This document shows, piece after piece, positions 18,569 to 28,163 of a stretch of DNA of 64,000 nt; the stretch's first letter is position 1, and each line of letters starts with the position of its first letter. This DNA comes from Minisyncoccota bacterium. GTDB lineage: Bacteria > Patescibacteriota > Minisyncoccia > 2-02-FULL-40-12 > GWA2-44-9. The notes beneath the pieces are model-generated. The model was not told the origin of the DNA. It searched no databases and was given only the letters and a program-made list of their open reading frames with translations. A program made the translations under genes and the position numbers. The DNA is taken from the NCBI GenBank assembly GCA_017992005.1, contig JAGOPO010000001.1, positions 4,646-68,645 of the forward strand, read 5' to 3'.

Positions 18569-19710
18569 TTGTAGGCTTTCCCTACGTTCGTGAGAGATAT
18601 TTCGCCACATTTCGTCACTGGCCAATATCGGGGCAAGTTTCGTTTCTCCTCCCGCGTATTTGGTCTACGAAAAATGGCAAGGTCGTATTCTCTCCTCCTG
18701 TCGATCCTAATATCGCTACAACCCGAGCGTATTTTCACCATTCGCACTATCCGATTATCGGCGGTTTATTAAAGGGCTTTATGCCCGGATTCGCAGTACA
18801 TCTTTGGAGGCATCGTCGTGATGTGCGGTTGGTGTATAGCTGTAGCGAGCCGATACTGCTGACGACACTATTTCAGGCTATGTGGTCAAAAATACTTGGA
18901 AAGAAACATATTGTTTTTACGTGGGAGAACATACCATATACGGAAAAATTTCGCGGGCTCTCTCTTTGGGTTCACCTCTGTATTTTACGAATTAATCTTG
19001 CTCTTTCCGATGGTCTTATATGTGGCAATAGTGAGGGGGCGCTCGTTCATAGTGAATATACAAAAAAACCTATCGAAATAATTCCAATGAATGGTCTCGA
19101 TTGCGATGTGTTCGTGAAAGACTCTGCGACTCTTCGGCCTTCTCACTTGATGGGCGCCACAGTTTATACATTCATTGGAGCGATAGGATATCGAAAAGGG
19201 ATCCAAAATATTATCAAGGCATTTCCTGATGTCATCGCGAGGGTGCCAAATGCGCATTTGATTATTGCAGGTTCTGGTGAGTACGAGCAACAAGTTGACG
19301 CGCTTATTGGAGAGCTTAATCTTCAAGACCGTATTGCGAGATTTCCATGGGTCGAGCAAAAAGAACTTATCCGTATTCTCTCACTTTCAGATGTATTCCT
19401 TTACCCGAGTATCCCGCATGGTGGGTGGTCGGAGCAGTTTGGGTATTCTATGGCCGAGGCATCTCTTATGGAGCTACCTGTTATTGCCACGCATACAGGC
19501 TCCATCGCAGACATCGTAATTGATGGCGAAACTGGAATCCTTGTGCCCCCCGATAATGTCAATGACTTGGGAGAGGCTATGATTCGATTGGGAACGGATT
19601 CTGCGCTGCGAGAGCATCTTGGAGCGGCAGGTCGTCGATATATTTCTGAGCGATTTTCGCATCAAGCCATCGCTCAGCGTTTCTCCGAATTTTTAAATCA
19701 ATATCTATGA
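18553..19710 (+). CDS. Glycosyltransferase family 4
   Basis: EQFGYSMAEASLMELPVIATHTGSIADIVIDGETGIL motif. Confidence 0.8.
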   Translation: MQEILIVGFPYVRERYFATFRHWPISGQVSFLLPRIWSTKNGKVVFSPPVDPNIATTRAYFHHSHYPIIGGLLKGFMPGFAVHLWRHRRDVRLVYSCSEPILLTTLFQAMWSKILGKKHIVFTWENIPYTEKFRGLSLWVHLCILRINLALSDGLICGNSEGALVHSEYTKKPIEIIPMNGLDCDVFVKDSATLRPSHLMGATVYTFIGAIGYRKGIQNIIKAFPDVIARVPNAHLIIAGSGEYEQQVDALIGELNLQDRIARFPWVEQKELIRILSLSDVFLYPSIPHGGWSEQFGYSMAEASLMELPVIATHTGSIADIVIDGETGILVPPDNVNDLGEAMIRLGTDSALREHLGAAGRRYISERFSHQAIAQRFSEFLNQYL

Positions 19711-19743
19711 ATCCAACTATCGATATGATAGCCTACTACTGTT

Positions 19744-20781
19744 GTGGGCCAAGAGATGAAAGGTAAAATAGTATTGGTTTTTCCTGGAGGGTCGTTTTTT
19801 ACAGACCCATTTCTGCGTTCATTCGAGCGGGCGGGCTACGAGTGTGTTGTTTTTGATTATAGACAAGGAGTCGTCTTTACTAGTGCTATCCTGCGCCGCG
19901 CTCTCAATCGTTTTCCTTTTTTAAGAATCTTAAAACGGTGGCAAGTTGCGAGGACGAATCGTATGCTCGTAGAACTAGTTCGGACATATAATCCGAAGTA
20001 TTTATTCGCGCAAAAAGGCGAACATATTTATCCTGAAACCATCGAGAGAATAAAAACAATGGGCGTGGTGACACTCAATTTTTATAACGATCAAATGAAT
20101 CAGTGGAATGTCATCTCTAAAATAGCGCCGTCGTACAATTATTTTTTCAACGAATGCCATTTGGTACTTCGTAGACTTTGGAGCGAGTGTGCTCTTACGA
20201 ATTGTTTTTATCTAGCGCATTCAGCGGAGCCGCTCACCGAAGACCTGCTGGTTACCGATAAGAAATATCCAATTTCCTTTATTGGTACGCATAACAAGAC
20301 TCTCTACCCCAAGCGCGAGAGGTATCTCATGGCTATTCGCGATCTCGGCCTCAATATTTGGGGCACCGATGGGTGGGCGGCAAGTCCCCTCAAGGATTGT
20401 TTTCGTGGGCGTTCTCGCGGTGAAGAGCGGTTCGCCATATATGCTAATAGTAAGATAGTCATTGATATTAATTATGAGTTCGTACCAGCAGAAGGCGTTA
20501 ATAATAGGCCATTCGAAGTTGCTGGTTGTGGTACTCTATTGGTAACTGATTATGTGAGAAAGGATTTAGAAAGGGAGTATTCTTCTGGGGTGGAGGTGGT
20601 TCAGTTCAAGGATGAGGCGGAGTTAAGGGAGAAAGTGAAATATTATCTAGACCACGACGATGAACGCCTGAAGGTTGCTATGGCCGGGTATCGAAGAACG
20701 GTTGCCGACCATACCTACGACAGAAGGGTTGCACAAATTTTTGATACTATGCAGCACCCCCAGAATTATTTATTCCAATGA
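19744..20781 (+). CDS. CgeB-family / Glyco_trans_1_2-type glycosyltransferase
   Basis: C-terminal block CGTLLVTDYVRKDLEREYSSGVEVVQFKDEAELREKVKYYLDHDDERLKVAMAGYRRTVADHTYDRRV matches the CgeB-like signature. Confidence 0.65.
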   Translation: MGQEMKGKIVLVFPGGSFFTDPFLRSFERAGYECVVFDYRQGVVFTSAILRRALNRFPFLRILKRWQVARTNRMLVELVRTYNPKYLFAQKGEHIYPETIERIKTMGVVTLNFYNDQMNQWNVISKIAPSYNYFFNECHLVLRRLWSECALTNCFYLAHSAEPLTEDLLVTDKKYPISFIGTHNKTLYPKRERYLMAIRDLGLNIWGTDGWAASPLKDCFRGRSRGEERFAIYANSKIVIDINYEFVPAEGVNNRPFEVAGCGTLLVTDYVRKDLEREYSSGVEVVQFKDEAELREKVKYYLDHDDERLKVAMAGYRRTVADHTYDRRVAQIFDTMQHPQNYLFQ

Positions 20782-21662
20782 AACTAATTACTACATTAAG
20801 AAAATTAGGTCTACGATTTTCCCGCTTCATCATTCCTCATCTGCCACGAGGGCGAAGTCTTGCCATTAGAGCCGCCTTAGCTTTATTTGGAAACATATAT
20901 GGAGGCGTTATCGCTCTCCCCGATGGGCGGAAATTCTATATTGACAAGATTTCACTCGTAAAGCGGCATTTATTTTTTGTAGATACATATGAAGAAATAG
21001 AATCAAGAATTATTGAGCGCATTGTCGGGGCTGGAGACTACGCCCTTGATGTGGGTGCTAGTTATGGTTGGTACACTGTTCTTATGAGTAGACTCGTTGG
21101 GGACTCCGGAAAGGTGTTTGCGTTTGAATTAGTGCCGCATATCGCAGAAGAATGCAGATATAATATTTCGCTGAACCACCAAAGCGCCAATACCGTGATT
21201 GAGAGTGTCGCGCTGGGGGAGAGTGACGCAGTCGTGAGCTATATCTATTCGGATGATTTAGGACTAGGAAATTTAAATCCAAGAGGTCTTACAGATGGTG
21301 GTCGAATGACGAGTGGCCAGGGGGCAATTACCGCGTTGGACAAATACGCAGAAGATAATGGAATCCAAAAATTGAATTTCATAAAATGCGACGTAGACGG
21401 AGCGGAGGTATTGTTCTTGCGGGGTGCACGGAAGACGATAGCGAAATTCCTACCTGCGATCATCATAGAAGCAAGCGGTGCCCATGGGCGATCATCTTGC
21501 TATGAAATATTCGATGAATTAAGTCGGTATGGTTACTCATTCTTCTCGTTGCATTACAAAAAAAGGCTACGACCTATAAACGAAGAGAATTTCAGAGGAG
21601 CTTTTAAGGAGAATATACTCTGTCTTCCTGAGAATAAATTGGATATACTACGGAGCCTGTGA
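20778..21662 (+). CDS. FkbM-family SAM-dependent methyltransferase
   Basis: DVGASYGWYT...FAFELVP and NFIKCDVDGAEVLFLRGARKTI motifs. Confidence 0.8.
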   Translation: MKLITTLRKLGLRFSRFIIPHLPRGRSLAIRAALALFGNIYGGVIALPDGRKFYIDKISLVKRHLFFVDTYEEIESRIIERIVGAGDYALDVGASYGWYTVLMSRLVGDSGKVFAFELVPHIAEECRYNISLNHQSANTVIESVALGESDAVVSYIYSDDLGLGNLNPRGLTDGGRMTSGQGAITALDKYAEDNGIQKLNFIKCDVDGAEVLFLRGARKTIAKFLPAIIIEASGAHGRSSCYEIFDELSRYGYSFFSLHYKKRLRPINEENFRGAFKENILCLPENKLDILRSL

Positions 21663-21672
21663 GTCAATTGTT

Positions 21673-22401
21673 ATGAAAAAAGCAATAAAACAATATGGGC
21701 GCAAGATTTTTGATTATTTAGGCTTGAAGATTTCCTTCATAGACCGGAGACAGGTATCCGACGTTAATAGACTGAAATGGTTGAGAGATCTAAATATCAG
21801 AACAGTCATTGATATTGGAGCGAGCAAAGGCGGCTTCTCAGCTGAATTGCATGGAGTATTACCAGAAGCTCAAATTTACGCCTTTGAGCCATTATCTGAC
21901 TGCTTCGCCCAAATTCAGGAGCGCATGAAGGGCGTGTCAAAATTTCGTGCATTCAACCTCGCCCTTGGTGATACCCCGGGGAAGGTGGTAATGCATCGGA
22001 GCTCATATTCCGGGTGTTCCTCACTCCGTGAAATGGCAAGCCTCCATAAGGACACCTTCCCAGTTACTGCGGGGCAGGAGACGATTAGCGTTGCGGTAAG
22101 CACGCTCGATGAAGCACTTAGCGATTATAGCTTAGAAGAAAATATCATGGTAAAAATAGACGTTCAGGGATTCGAAGATAAAGTTATAGCTGGAGGCTTA
22201 GAGATGTTGAAACGGTCTCGTGTGATACTTATCGAGACATCGTTCAAGGAGCTGTATGTTGGGCAGCCACTCTTCGATGGGGTCTATCACTTATTGCGAA
22301 GTCTTGGTTTCCAATATCGTGGTGCTTGGGCGCCGGAACTTAAGAGCCCATTGGACGGGTCGCCACTTCAGCAGGATAGTATATTTATCCGCGAAGGATA
22401 A
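21673..22401 (+). CDS. FkbM-family SAM-dependent methyltransferase
   Basis: VIDIGASKGGFS...IYAFEPL and MVKIDVQGFEDKVIAGGLEML. Confidence 0.8.
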   Translation: MKKAIKQYGRKIFDYLGLKISFIDRRQVSDVNRLKWLRDLNIRTVIDIGASKGGFSAELHGVLPEAQIYAFEPLSDCFAQIQERMKGVSKFRAFNLALGDTPGKVVMHRSSYSGCSSLREMASLHKDTFPVTAGQETISVAVSTLDEALSDYSLEENIMVKIDVQGFEDKVIAGGLEMLKRSRVILIETSFKELYVGQPLFDGVYHLLRSLGFQYRGAWAPELKSPLDGSPLQQDSIFIREG

Positions 22402-22485
22402 TTGTCCGCCTGAAGTATCTTGGATTGAGGGTCGAGAGGGGGATTGTTTAGATACTATGAACTAATAGATGATAGCATCGAATTT

Positions 22486-23610
22486 ATGAAAGGACTCCTT
22501 TATATTACAAATCTTCGTTTGCCGACAGAGAAGGCATACGGTATTCAGATAGTAAAAATGTGCGAAGCTTTTGCGAATCAGGGCGTTGCACTCGAGCTTA
22601 TGATGCCCTCACGGCAGGTGGTTATCAGAGAGGATATATTCAGTTATTACAATATTCAAAAGAATTTTCGGACTAATAAATTAAGAACGCCGGACTTCTA
22701 TCTTCCCGGAATACTTGACGGGATTGCTGTGATAATAAAAGAATTTATTTCTGCAGTAATTATTGTTTTCGCCGTTCTCGCGTCCAAGTCTGAGAATATT
22801 TACTCACGAGATGAACTACCTATTTTTCTTCTTAGTTTCTTTCGGAAAAATATCATATTTGAAGCGCATAGATACTCTCAGCGTCGAGTTTGGTATTATC
22901 GTAGATTTAGAAATTCTGGCATTAAAGTGGTGGCGATCTCTAGCGGTGTGCATGAGAAATTTATGCAGATGGGATTCACATCGAGTCAGGTTCTATTAGC
23001 GCCTGACGGCGTTGATGTGGGCCAGTTCCAAGACGCCCTATCAAAGAAGGAGTGTCGAGATTATTTAAAATTGCCGCACGACAAGATTTTGGTCACGTAT
23101 GCTGGCCAGCTCTACCCGTGGAAAGGTGTTGACTCATTAATGGAAGCCGCGAGGTCGCTTGATGAACGTTTCCAGGTTGTTGTAGTGGGTGGATCCAAGG
23201 TAGATGTGGCTAGGTATTCAAAAAAATATGCTGGCTGCTTGAACGTTTCATTCATTGGTTGGCGTCCGCATCGCCTCGTGCCAATGTTTTTGGCGGCTTC
23301 AGATATTCTAATTTTGCCTAATTCTAGCAAAGAAGACATATCCAAGATTTACACCTCTCCTCTAAAAATGTTTGAATATATGGTTAGTGAACGTCCAATA
23401 GTTGCGTCCGACTTGCCTTCAATTCGCGAAATACTGACGGACGAGATGGCTTATTTTGTAAGTCCGGATGACGCACTGTCACTAGCAGCTGGGGTGGTGG
23501 CGGCGGCAACAGATGTCGAGGGATCCTTACGGCGTGCATCGAATGCTCGTAGTGCTGTTACTCAATATTCCTGGGATGAACGAGCGCGGAGCATTTTAAG
23601 ATTGTTCTGA
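22486..23610 (+). CDS. Glycosyltransferase family 4
   Basis: MKGLLYITNLRLPTEKAYGIQ N-terminus; C-terminal KMFEYMVSERPIVASDLPSIREILTD; an upstream in-frame start at 22444 is possible. Confidence 0.75.
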   Translation: MKGLLYITNLRLPTEKAYGIQIVKMCEAFANQGVALELMMPSRQVVIREDIFSYYNIQKNFRTNKLRTPDFYLPGILDGIAVIIKEFISAVIIVFAVLASKSENIYSRDELPIFLLSFFRKNIIFEAHRYSQRRVWYYRRFRNSGIKVVAISSGVHEKFMQMGFTSSQVLLAPDGVDVGQFQDALSKKECRDYLKLPHDKILVTYAGQLYPWKGVDSLMEAARSLDERFQVVVVGGSKVDVARYSKKYAGCLNVSFIGWRPHRLVPMFLAASDILILPNSSKEDISKIYTSPLKMFEYMVSERPIVASDLPSIREILTDEMAYFVSPDDALSLAAGVVAAATDVEGSLRRASNARSAVTQYSWDERARSILRLF

Positions 23611-23632
23611 ATATTGTAGTCACACGAGAACA

Positions 23633-24493
23633 GTGAAAACAATCATTGTAACGGGGAGCTCCGGACTCATTGGTTCAGCTCTAGTAAAGCACCTGGTCCG
23701 TCAAGGATACTTCGTGCGTGCCTTTCAACGGCGGATACCTATGAAGAAAATTACAAACGTCGAGTACGTTTGTTTCGATCTTGCACATGTTATGGATGCT
23801 GATTTGGAAGGTGCTGACGTTATCGTTCACTGCGCATATCAAACAAGCGTTGCTTCTGAGGAGACCGTAGAGGGTAGAAATGCAGATATCATTGCAGCTG
23901 AACGATTGGTCCAGCATGCACAAGCAAAGAATCAGCGCATCATTTTTCTCTCTTCGTTTTCAGCATGCAAAGACGCAAAATCATACTACGGAAAAAATAA
24001 ATATCGAGTTCAAAACTTCTTTGAATCAAAAGGGGCGGTGGTGCTGAGATTAGGTATTGTTGTTGGGGGTGTAATCGGATTATTCGGTAAATTAAAATCA
24101 AGTATCCGGAAGTCGCCCATTATCCCACTGCTCGATGGGGGTAATCAATGTCTTCAGGTCGTGGCTCTTGATGATGTATGTAGGATTATTGAGAGGTGTG
24201 TCGAGGATTCTATGGTGGGTGTCTTTGATATTGCACATCCACACGTGATGACATTGCGACAGCTAGCTCAAGGAATACAGTGCCAGTTGAAAGTACGTCG
24301 ATTGTATTTGTCGCTTCCAAGCTGGTTCGCGTATTACGCGGTTCGCGTAGTTGAGGTATTGCGAATTCCGTTGACGTTCTCCTCCCAGAATATCTTAGGA
24401 ATATATGATTTGCGAACAAGCACGCGCATTCGCGTTCCTGAGATATTTGGTATACGATTGCGGTCGTATAGTGAGATGTTTGAGGTGATCTAG
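23633..24493 (+). CDS. NAD(P)-dependent epimerase/dehydratase (extended SDR)
   Basis: Rossmann motif IIVTGSSGLIGSALVKHL at the N-terminus; GTG start. Confidence 0.7.
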   Translation: MKTIIVTGSSGLIGSALVKHLVRQGYFVRAFQRRIPMKKITNVEYVCFDLAHVMDADLEGADVIVHCAYQTSVASEETVEGRNADIIAAERLVQHAQAKNQRIIFLSSFSACKDAKSYYGKNKYRVQNFFESKGAVVLRLGIVVGGVIGLFGKLKSSIRKSPIIPLLDGGNQCLQVVALDDVCRIIERCVEDSMVGVFDIAHPHVMTLRQLAQGIQCQLKVRRLYLSLPSWFAYYAVRVVEVLRIPLTFSSQNILGIYDLRTSTRIRVPEIFGIRLRSYSEMFEVI

Positions 24494-24497
24494 CTCA

Positions 24498-25226
24498 ATG
24501 AATATACCTCGTCAACTACCCGACTTATCAATTGTAGTTTTGTGTTACAAGAGTGGCGAGACGATTGAGGCGTACATTGAGCAAATGGAGACGGAGTTGC
24601 ATGCTGGGGGAATGGAGAGCTATGAACTTGTATTGGTTGGCAATTATATGGCGGGGTCGTCAGATACAACGCCAACTGTTATTCGTAGGATGGCTGCTCA
24701 TAATGCGAGGGTTCGTCCTGTGACCCTCGAAAAAAGGGGAATGATGGGATGGGACGCGCGAATGGGGATGAAGGCGGCCACGGGGCGATCGATAGCGCTC
24801 ATTGATGGCGATGGACAGATGCCGTCACGTGATATTGTCCGATTGTATCGCGTTCTTACGAGTGGCGAGTTTGACATGGTGAAGACATTTCGAAAAACGA
24901 GAATGGATGGGCCCTATCGTCGATTTATTTCTGGCTGGTATAATGCACTCTTTCGCCTCGTGTTTCCGCTCGTAACTTTTCGCGATGTTAACGCAAAGCC
25001 AAAGCTTTTGACGCGAGAGGCATATCAACGGATGCAGTTTACAAGTAATGACTGGTTTATTGATAGCGAGATAATGCTTGAATCAATGCGTTTGGATATG
25101 AATGTCGCCGAAGTACCTACGGTTTTTTTCAAAAATGAATGGCGAGGTAGCTTTGTGAAGCTATGGACGATATTTGAGTTTATGGGAAACCTCGCCTATT
25201 ACCGCATCAAATATTGGTTTCAATGA
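24498..25226 (+). CDS. GT2 polyprenyl-phosphate glycosyltransferase (DPM1/GtrB-like)
   Basis: LSIVVLCYKSGE...IALIDGDGQMPSRDI (DXD) and DPM1-like C-terminal region. Confidence 0.8.
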   Translation: MNIPRQLPDLSIVVLCYKSGETIEAYIEQMETELHAGGMESYELVLVGNYMAGSSDTTPTVIRRMAAHNARVRPVTLEKRGMMGWDARMGMKAATGRSIALIDGDGQMPSRDIVRLYRVLTSGEFDMVKTFRKTRMDGPYRRFISGWYNALFRLVFPLVTFRDVNAKPKLLTREAYQRMQFTSNDWFIDSEIMLESMRLDMNVAEVPTVFFKNEWRGSFVKLWTIFEFMGNLAYYRIKYWFQ

Positions 25227-26014
25227 AGACGAGCGATCCAAAATTTCGAGTACTGCAGCAGCCAGCGCAAGCGAGCTTGCCAGCTTTTGAGGCTGAAAAA
25301 AGAATTGCCTCAAATCGTTTAAAGACTTTTTTTAAGCAGTGGCCAGGATTGTATCTGTTCCTACGGGAAACATTCGGTCCGACCCACTCTCCCTTCAACG
25401 GGTTTTATTTGAGTCGTCGTGTTCGCGATATTTTTACGGCTGTTGGGGCAAACGCTATCGTAATGAATGTAGGATCTGGTGCGACGCGCGTTCATCCAGA
25501 AATTATTAACGTTGATATTTTCCCCTTTCGCGGTGTTGATCTCGTCGCGGACATTGGAGATCTACCGCTTCGCGATGCTGTTGTAGATGGCGTGGTGTGT
25601 GATTCTGTGCTTGAGCACTTGCCTGATACATCGCGTGCCCTCACGGAGATTGCGCGAGTGCTCAAGCCCGGTGGGGTCTTCTTGGTGACGGGACTTTTCA
25701 TGTACCCATACCACTCTTCTCCGAGCGATTATTATCGGTGGACTGAGCAGGGCACGCGTTATCAATTGGAGCTTCATGGATTTCACATAGAAGAGTTAGG
25801 CGTACGAGGGGGTCCCATGGGAGCTCTTCAAGGCGTTCTCATGCATATTTTTGCTATGCCGTTTTCCCGTGTTTCTCCCGCGCTCTATTTCGGTATGGTA
25901 CAATTTTTCATGGTGCTCTTTTCGCCGCTCAAAATTCTCGATCTCATCTGGATGCGATTGCCCGCTTCACTGGAATTGGCATCCGATGTATATGTAGTTG
26001 CCATCAAAAAATAA
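25214..26014 (+). CDS. Class I SAM-dependent methyltransferase (Methyltransf_11-like)
   Basis: VDGVVCDSVLEHLPDTSRALTEIARVLKPGGVFLVT. Confidence 0.75.
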   Translation: MVSMKTSDPKFRVLQQPAQASLPAFEAEKRIASNRLKTFFKQWPGLYLFLRETFGPTHSPFNGFYLSRRVRDIFTAVGANAIVMNVGSGATRVHPEIINVDIFPFRGVDLVADIGDLPLRDAVVDGVVCDSVLEHLPDTSRALTEIARVLKPGGVFLVTGLFMYPYHSSPSDYYRWTEQGTRYQLELHGFHIEELGVRGGPMGALQGVLMHIFAMPFSRVSPALYFGMVQFFMVLFSPLKILDLIWMRLPASLELASDVYVVAIKK

Positions 26015-26421
26015 TGTTGAATTATCAAATAATTCGTTTCCTTATCGGCGGGGCATTTGTTTTCTGTGTTAGTATTGGCCTTCTCTATTTTTTTGTTGAT
26101 ATTCTTGGCATTTGGTATCTCTGGGGTACCACGCTCTCATTTCTTATTTCTCTCGGTATTAGTTTTGCTGTTCAGAAATATTGGACGTTTCGAGATGCCT
26201 CTACCGAGCGCCTCAAGGGGCAGATGGGAGTCTACGCAACGCTACAAGTAATCAATCTTGCTGCAAATGACGGATTGATGTATATCGGTGTAGAATTCGC
26301 GCACATGCCGTATCTCCTAGTTCAAGTATTTACTGCCGGTAGTATTGCTATTTGGTCGTATTTTGCATTTCGCTACCTGTTTAAAAGTACTCATTTTCAG
26401 CCCGTCGCAACTATCACATGA
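26014..26421 (+). CDS. GtrA-family membrane protein (polyprenyl-P-sugar translocation associated)
   Basis: 135 aa, 4 TM, IRFLIGGAFVFCVSIGLLYFFVD...FAVQKYWTFRD (GtrA signature). Confidence 0.8.
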   Translation: MLNYQIIRFLIGGAFVFCVSIGLLYFFVDILGIWYLWGTTLSFLISLGISFAVQKYWTFRDASTERLKGQMGVYATLQVINLAANDGLMYIGVEFAHMPYLLVQVFTAGSIAIWSYFAFRYLFKSTHFQPVATIT

Positions 26422-27179
26422 GAGCCACTATTATTCTGCCAACCTATAACGAGATAGAAAACATTGGGTATTTGATTCGAGCTATTGATGTGGCGGTGAA
26501 GGGTGAGAAGGAGATTCTCATCGTAGATGATAATTCACCCGATGGCACATCTCGTGCCGTGCAGGATATAATCGATGCGGGCGAGGTCTCCAATGTTCGG
26601 CTGATCAAACGTCTTCACAATAGAGGACTCGCCAATAGTATTCGTGACGGGATTTCGCACGCTCGCGGAGATGTGGTGGTTTGGATGGATTGTGATTTTT
26701 CGATGCCGCCCGATATCATTCCCTCACTACTTGTAGAAATTGACCACGGTTGTGACATTGCGGTTGGATCTCGCTTTGTTGAAGGGGGGAGCTTTAAGAA
26801 GAATACCTCTGATTCACAGGATTCCTGGGTGGCTGTTTTGTTGAGTCGCGGATTGAACGTCTTTATTCGCGTTCTCTTGGGCGGATGGTTTAAAGATTAT
26901 ACGAGTGGTTTTATTGCTGTTCGGAAGAATGTTTTTGAAAAAGTGCAATTTGGCGGTGACTATGGTGAGTATTTTATGGAAATCATTTTACGAGCGCGCC
27001 TCTACAACTTCAAGATTGTCGAAATTCCATATGTCTGCCTTCCGCGGGCTCGCGGCCAATCAAAAACTGGAACGAACATGAAGCAATACTTGAAGCGTGG
27101 CCTGAAGTACGTTCACACTGCTTTTCGATTACTTTGGATACGATTGAAATACGACCTCTTTCGAGTCATTGATGCATGA
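26418..27179 (+). CDS. GT2 dolichyl/polyprenyl-phosphate glycosyltransferase (DPM1/GtrB-like)
   Basis: IILPTYNEIENIGYLI...ILIVDDNSPDGT...VVVWMDCDFSMPPDI. Confidence 0.85.
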   Translation: MRATIILPTYNEIENIGYLIRAIDVAVKGEKEILIVDDNSPDGTSRAVQDIIDAGEVSNVRLIKRLHNRGLANSIRDGISHARGDVVVWMDCDFSMPPDIIPSLLVEIDHGCDIAVGSRFVEGGSFKKNTSDSQDSWVAVLLSRGLNVFIRVLLGGWFKDYTSGFIAVRKNVFEKVQFGGDYGEYFMEIILRARLYNFKIVEIPYVCLPRARGQSKTGTNMKQYLKRGLKYVHTAFRLLWIRLKYDLFRVIDA

Positions 27180-27772
27180 TTGAGCCACTAGATGATGCTC
27201 GAATATCAGACGTCGTCGCTCTTCACCAGCAAGTGCTCGGTCACACACTTAATTCGCGGTTGGGGCCATGGTTTCTCCATAAACTCTATCGGCAGACAGT
27301 GCTTTCCAGACAGAACGGATTTTGTTATATCTATACGAATGAATCCGAGATCGTTGGATTCATTAGTTTTTGCCGTGATCACCATCGACTTGAGAGTGAG
27401 ATTCGTAGGAGTCTCTCGTTTCGTGACCGGATGCGCGTAGCAGTGATACTCTTGGCGCATCCGTCGTGGTGGCCACCGCTCCTTCGTCAGCTTCTCTTCT
27501 CTCGATTTCTGGTGTCCCGCTATCCAGAGCAGTATTCATTGATTCTTACGCTTGGAGTTGCGCCGGATCAACAAGGCAAGGGAGTCGGTTCGCAACTCAT
27601 CCAAAAGGCGATTACAGTCGTCGCCGCTCTAGGGGTTCAAGATTTTTTTGTCGATACAGAAGTTACTAATACAGCAGCGATTGAAACCTATAAGAAAAAC
27701 CTATTTAGCATGGTGGGTATAAAGTATGGGAATGTAATCTTACATTATGGAGCCTCGAGAAATAAAAGATAA
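27176..27772 (+). CDS. GNAT-family N-acetyltransferase
   Basis: Motif A-like LGVAPDQQGKGVGSQLIQKAI. Confidence 0.7.
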   Translation: MIEPLDDARISDVVALHQQVLGHTLNSRLGPWFLHKLYRQTVLSRQNGFCYIYTNESEIVGFISFCRDHHRLESEIRRSLSFRDRMRVAVILLAHPSWWPPLLRQLLFSRFLVSRYPEQYSLILTLGVAPDQQGKGVGSQLIQKAITVVAALGVQDFFVDTEVTNTAAIETYKKNLFSMVGIKYGNVILHYGASRNKR

Positions 27773-28160
27773 AAATCATAAAATTGTTGCTCATTTTTTT
27801 CCAAAAACGATGAGCGCTGATGGCTCTATTCGATTTTTGACGCCGCAGACCTATCCACTTCAGATTGGCCTGATAGAGCATCGAGATGGAAAAATGGTCC
27901 GACCACATATTCATCGCAACCTATTTTACGACGTCAATACTACGCAGGAGTATATTTACATTGAGAGAGGAGAAGGAATCGCGGTGACGATTTTTGATAC
28001 GGACTGGGTAGAGATTGAGAAGCTTTCCATGTCAGCGGGGGACTCGATTTTATTTGTTGGCGGAGGACATAGCCTTAATATCCCACCCAGCTGTCGTTTG
28101 CTCGAGGTCAAGCAGGGTCCGTATCCGGGTGATAAGGAGGCTAAGATTTTTAAGGATTAG
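27747..28160 (+). CDS. Small cupin-fold protein, possibly a WxcM/FdtA-like sugar ketoisomerase (uncertain)
   Basis: 137 aa; His-rich RPHIHRN and a beta-rich C-terminal half; sits between an acetyltransferase and a DegT aminotransferase; start uncertain (overlaps the upstream gene). Confidence 0.4.
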   Translation: MEPREIKDKNHKIVAHFFPKTMSADGSIRFLTPQTYPLQIGLIEHRDGKMVRPHIHRNLFYDVNTTQEYIYIERGEGIAVTIFDTDWVEIEKLSMSAGDSILFVGGGHSLNIPPSCRLLEVKQGPYPGDKEAKIFKD

Positions 28161-28163
28161 CCG

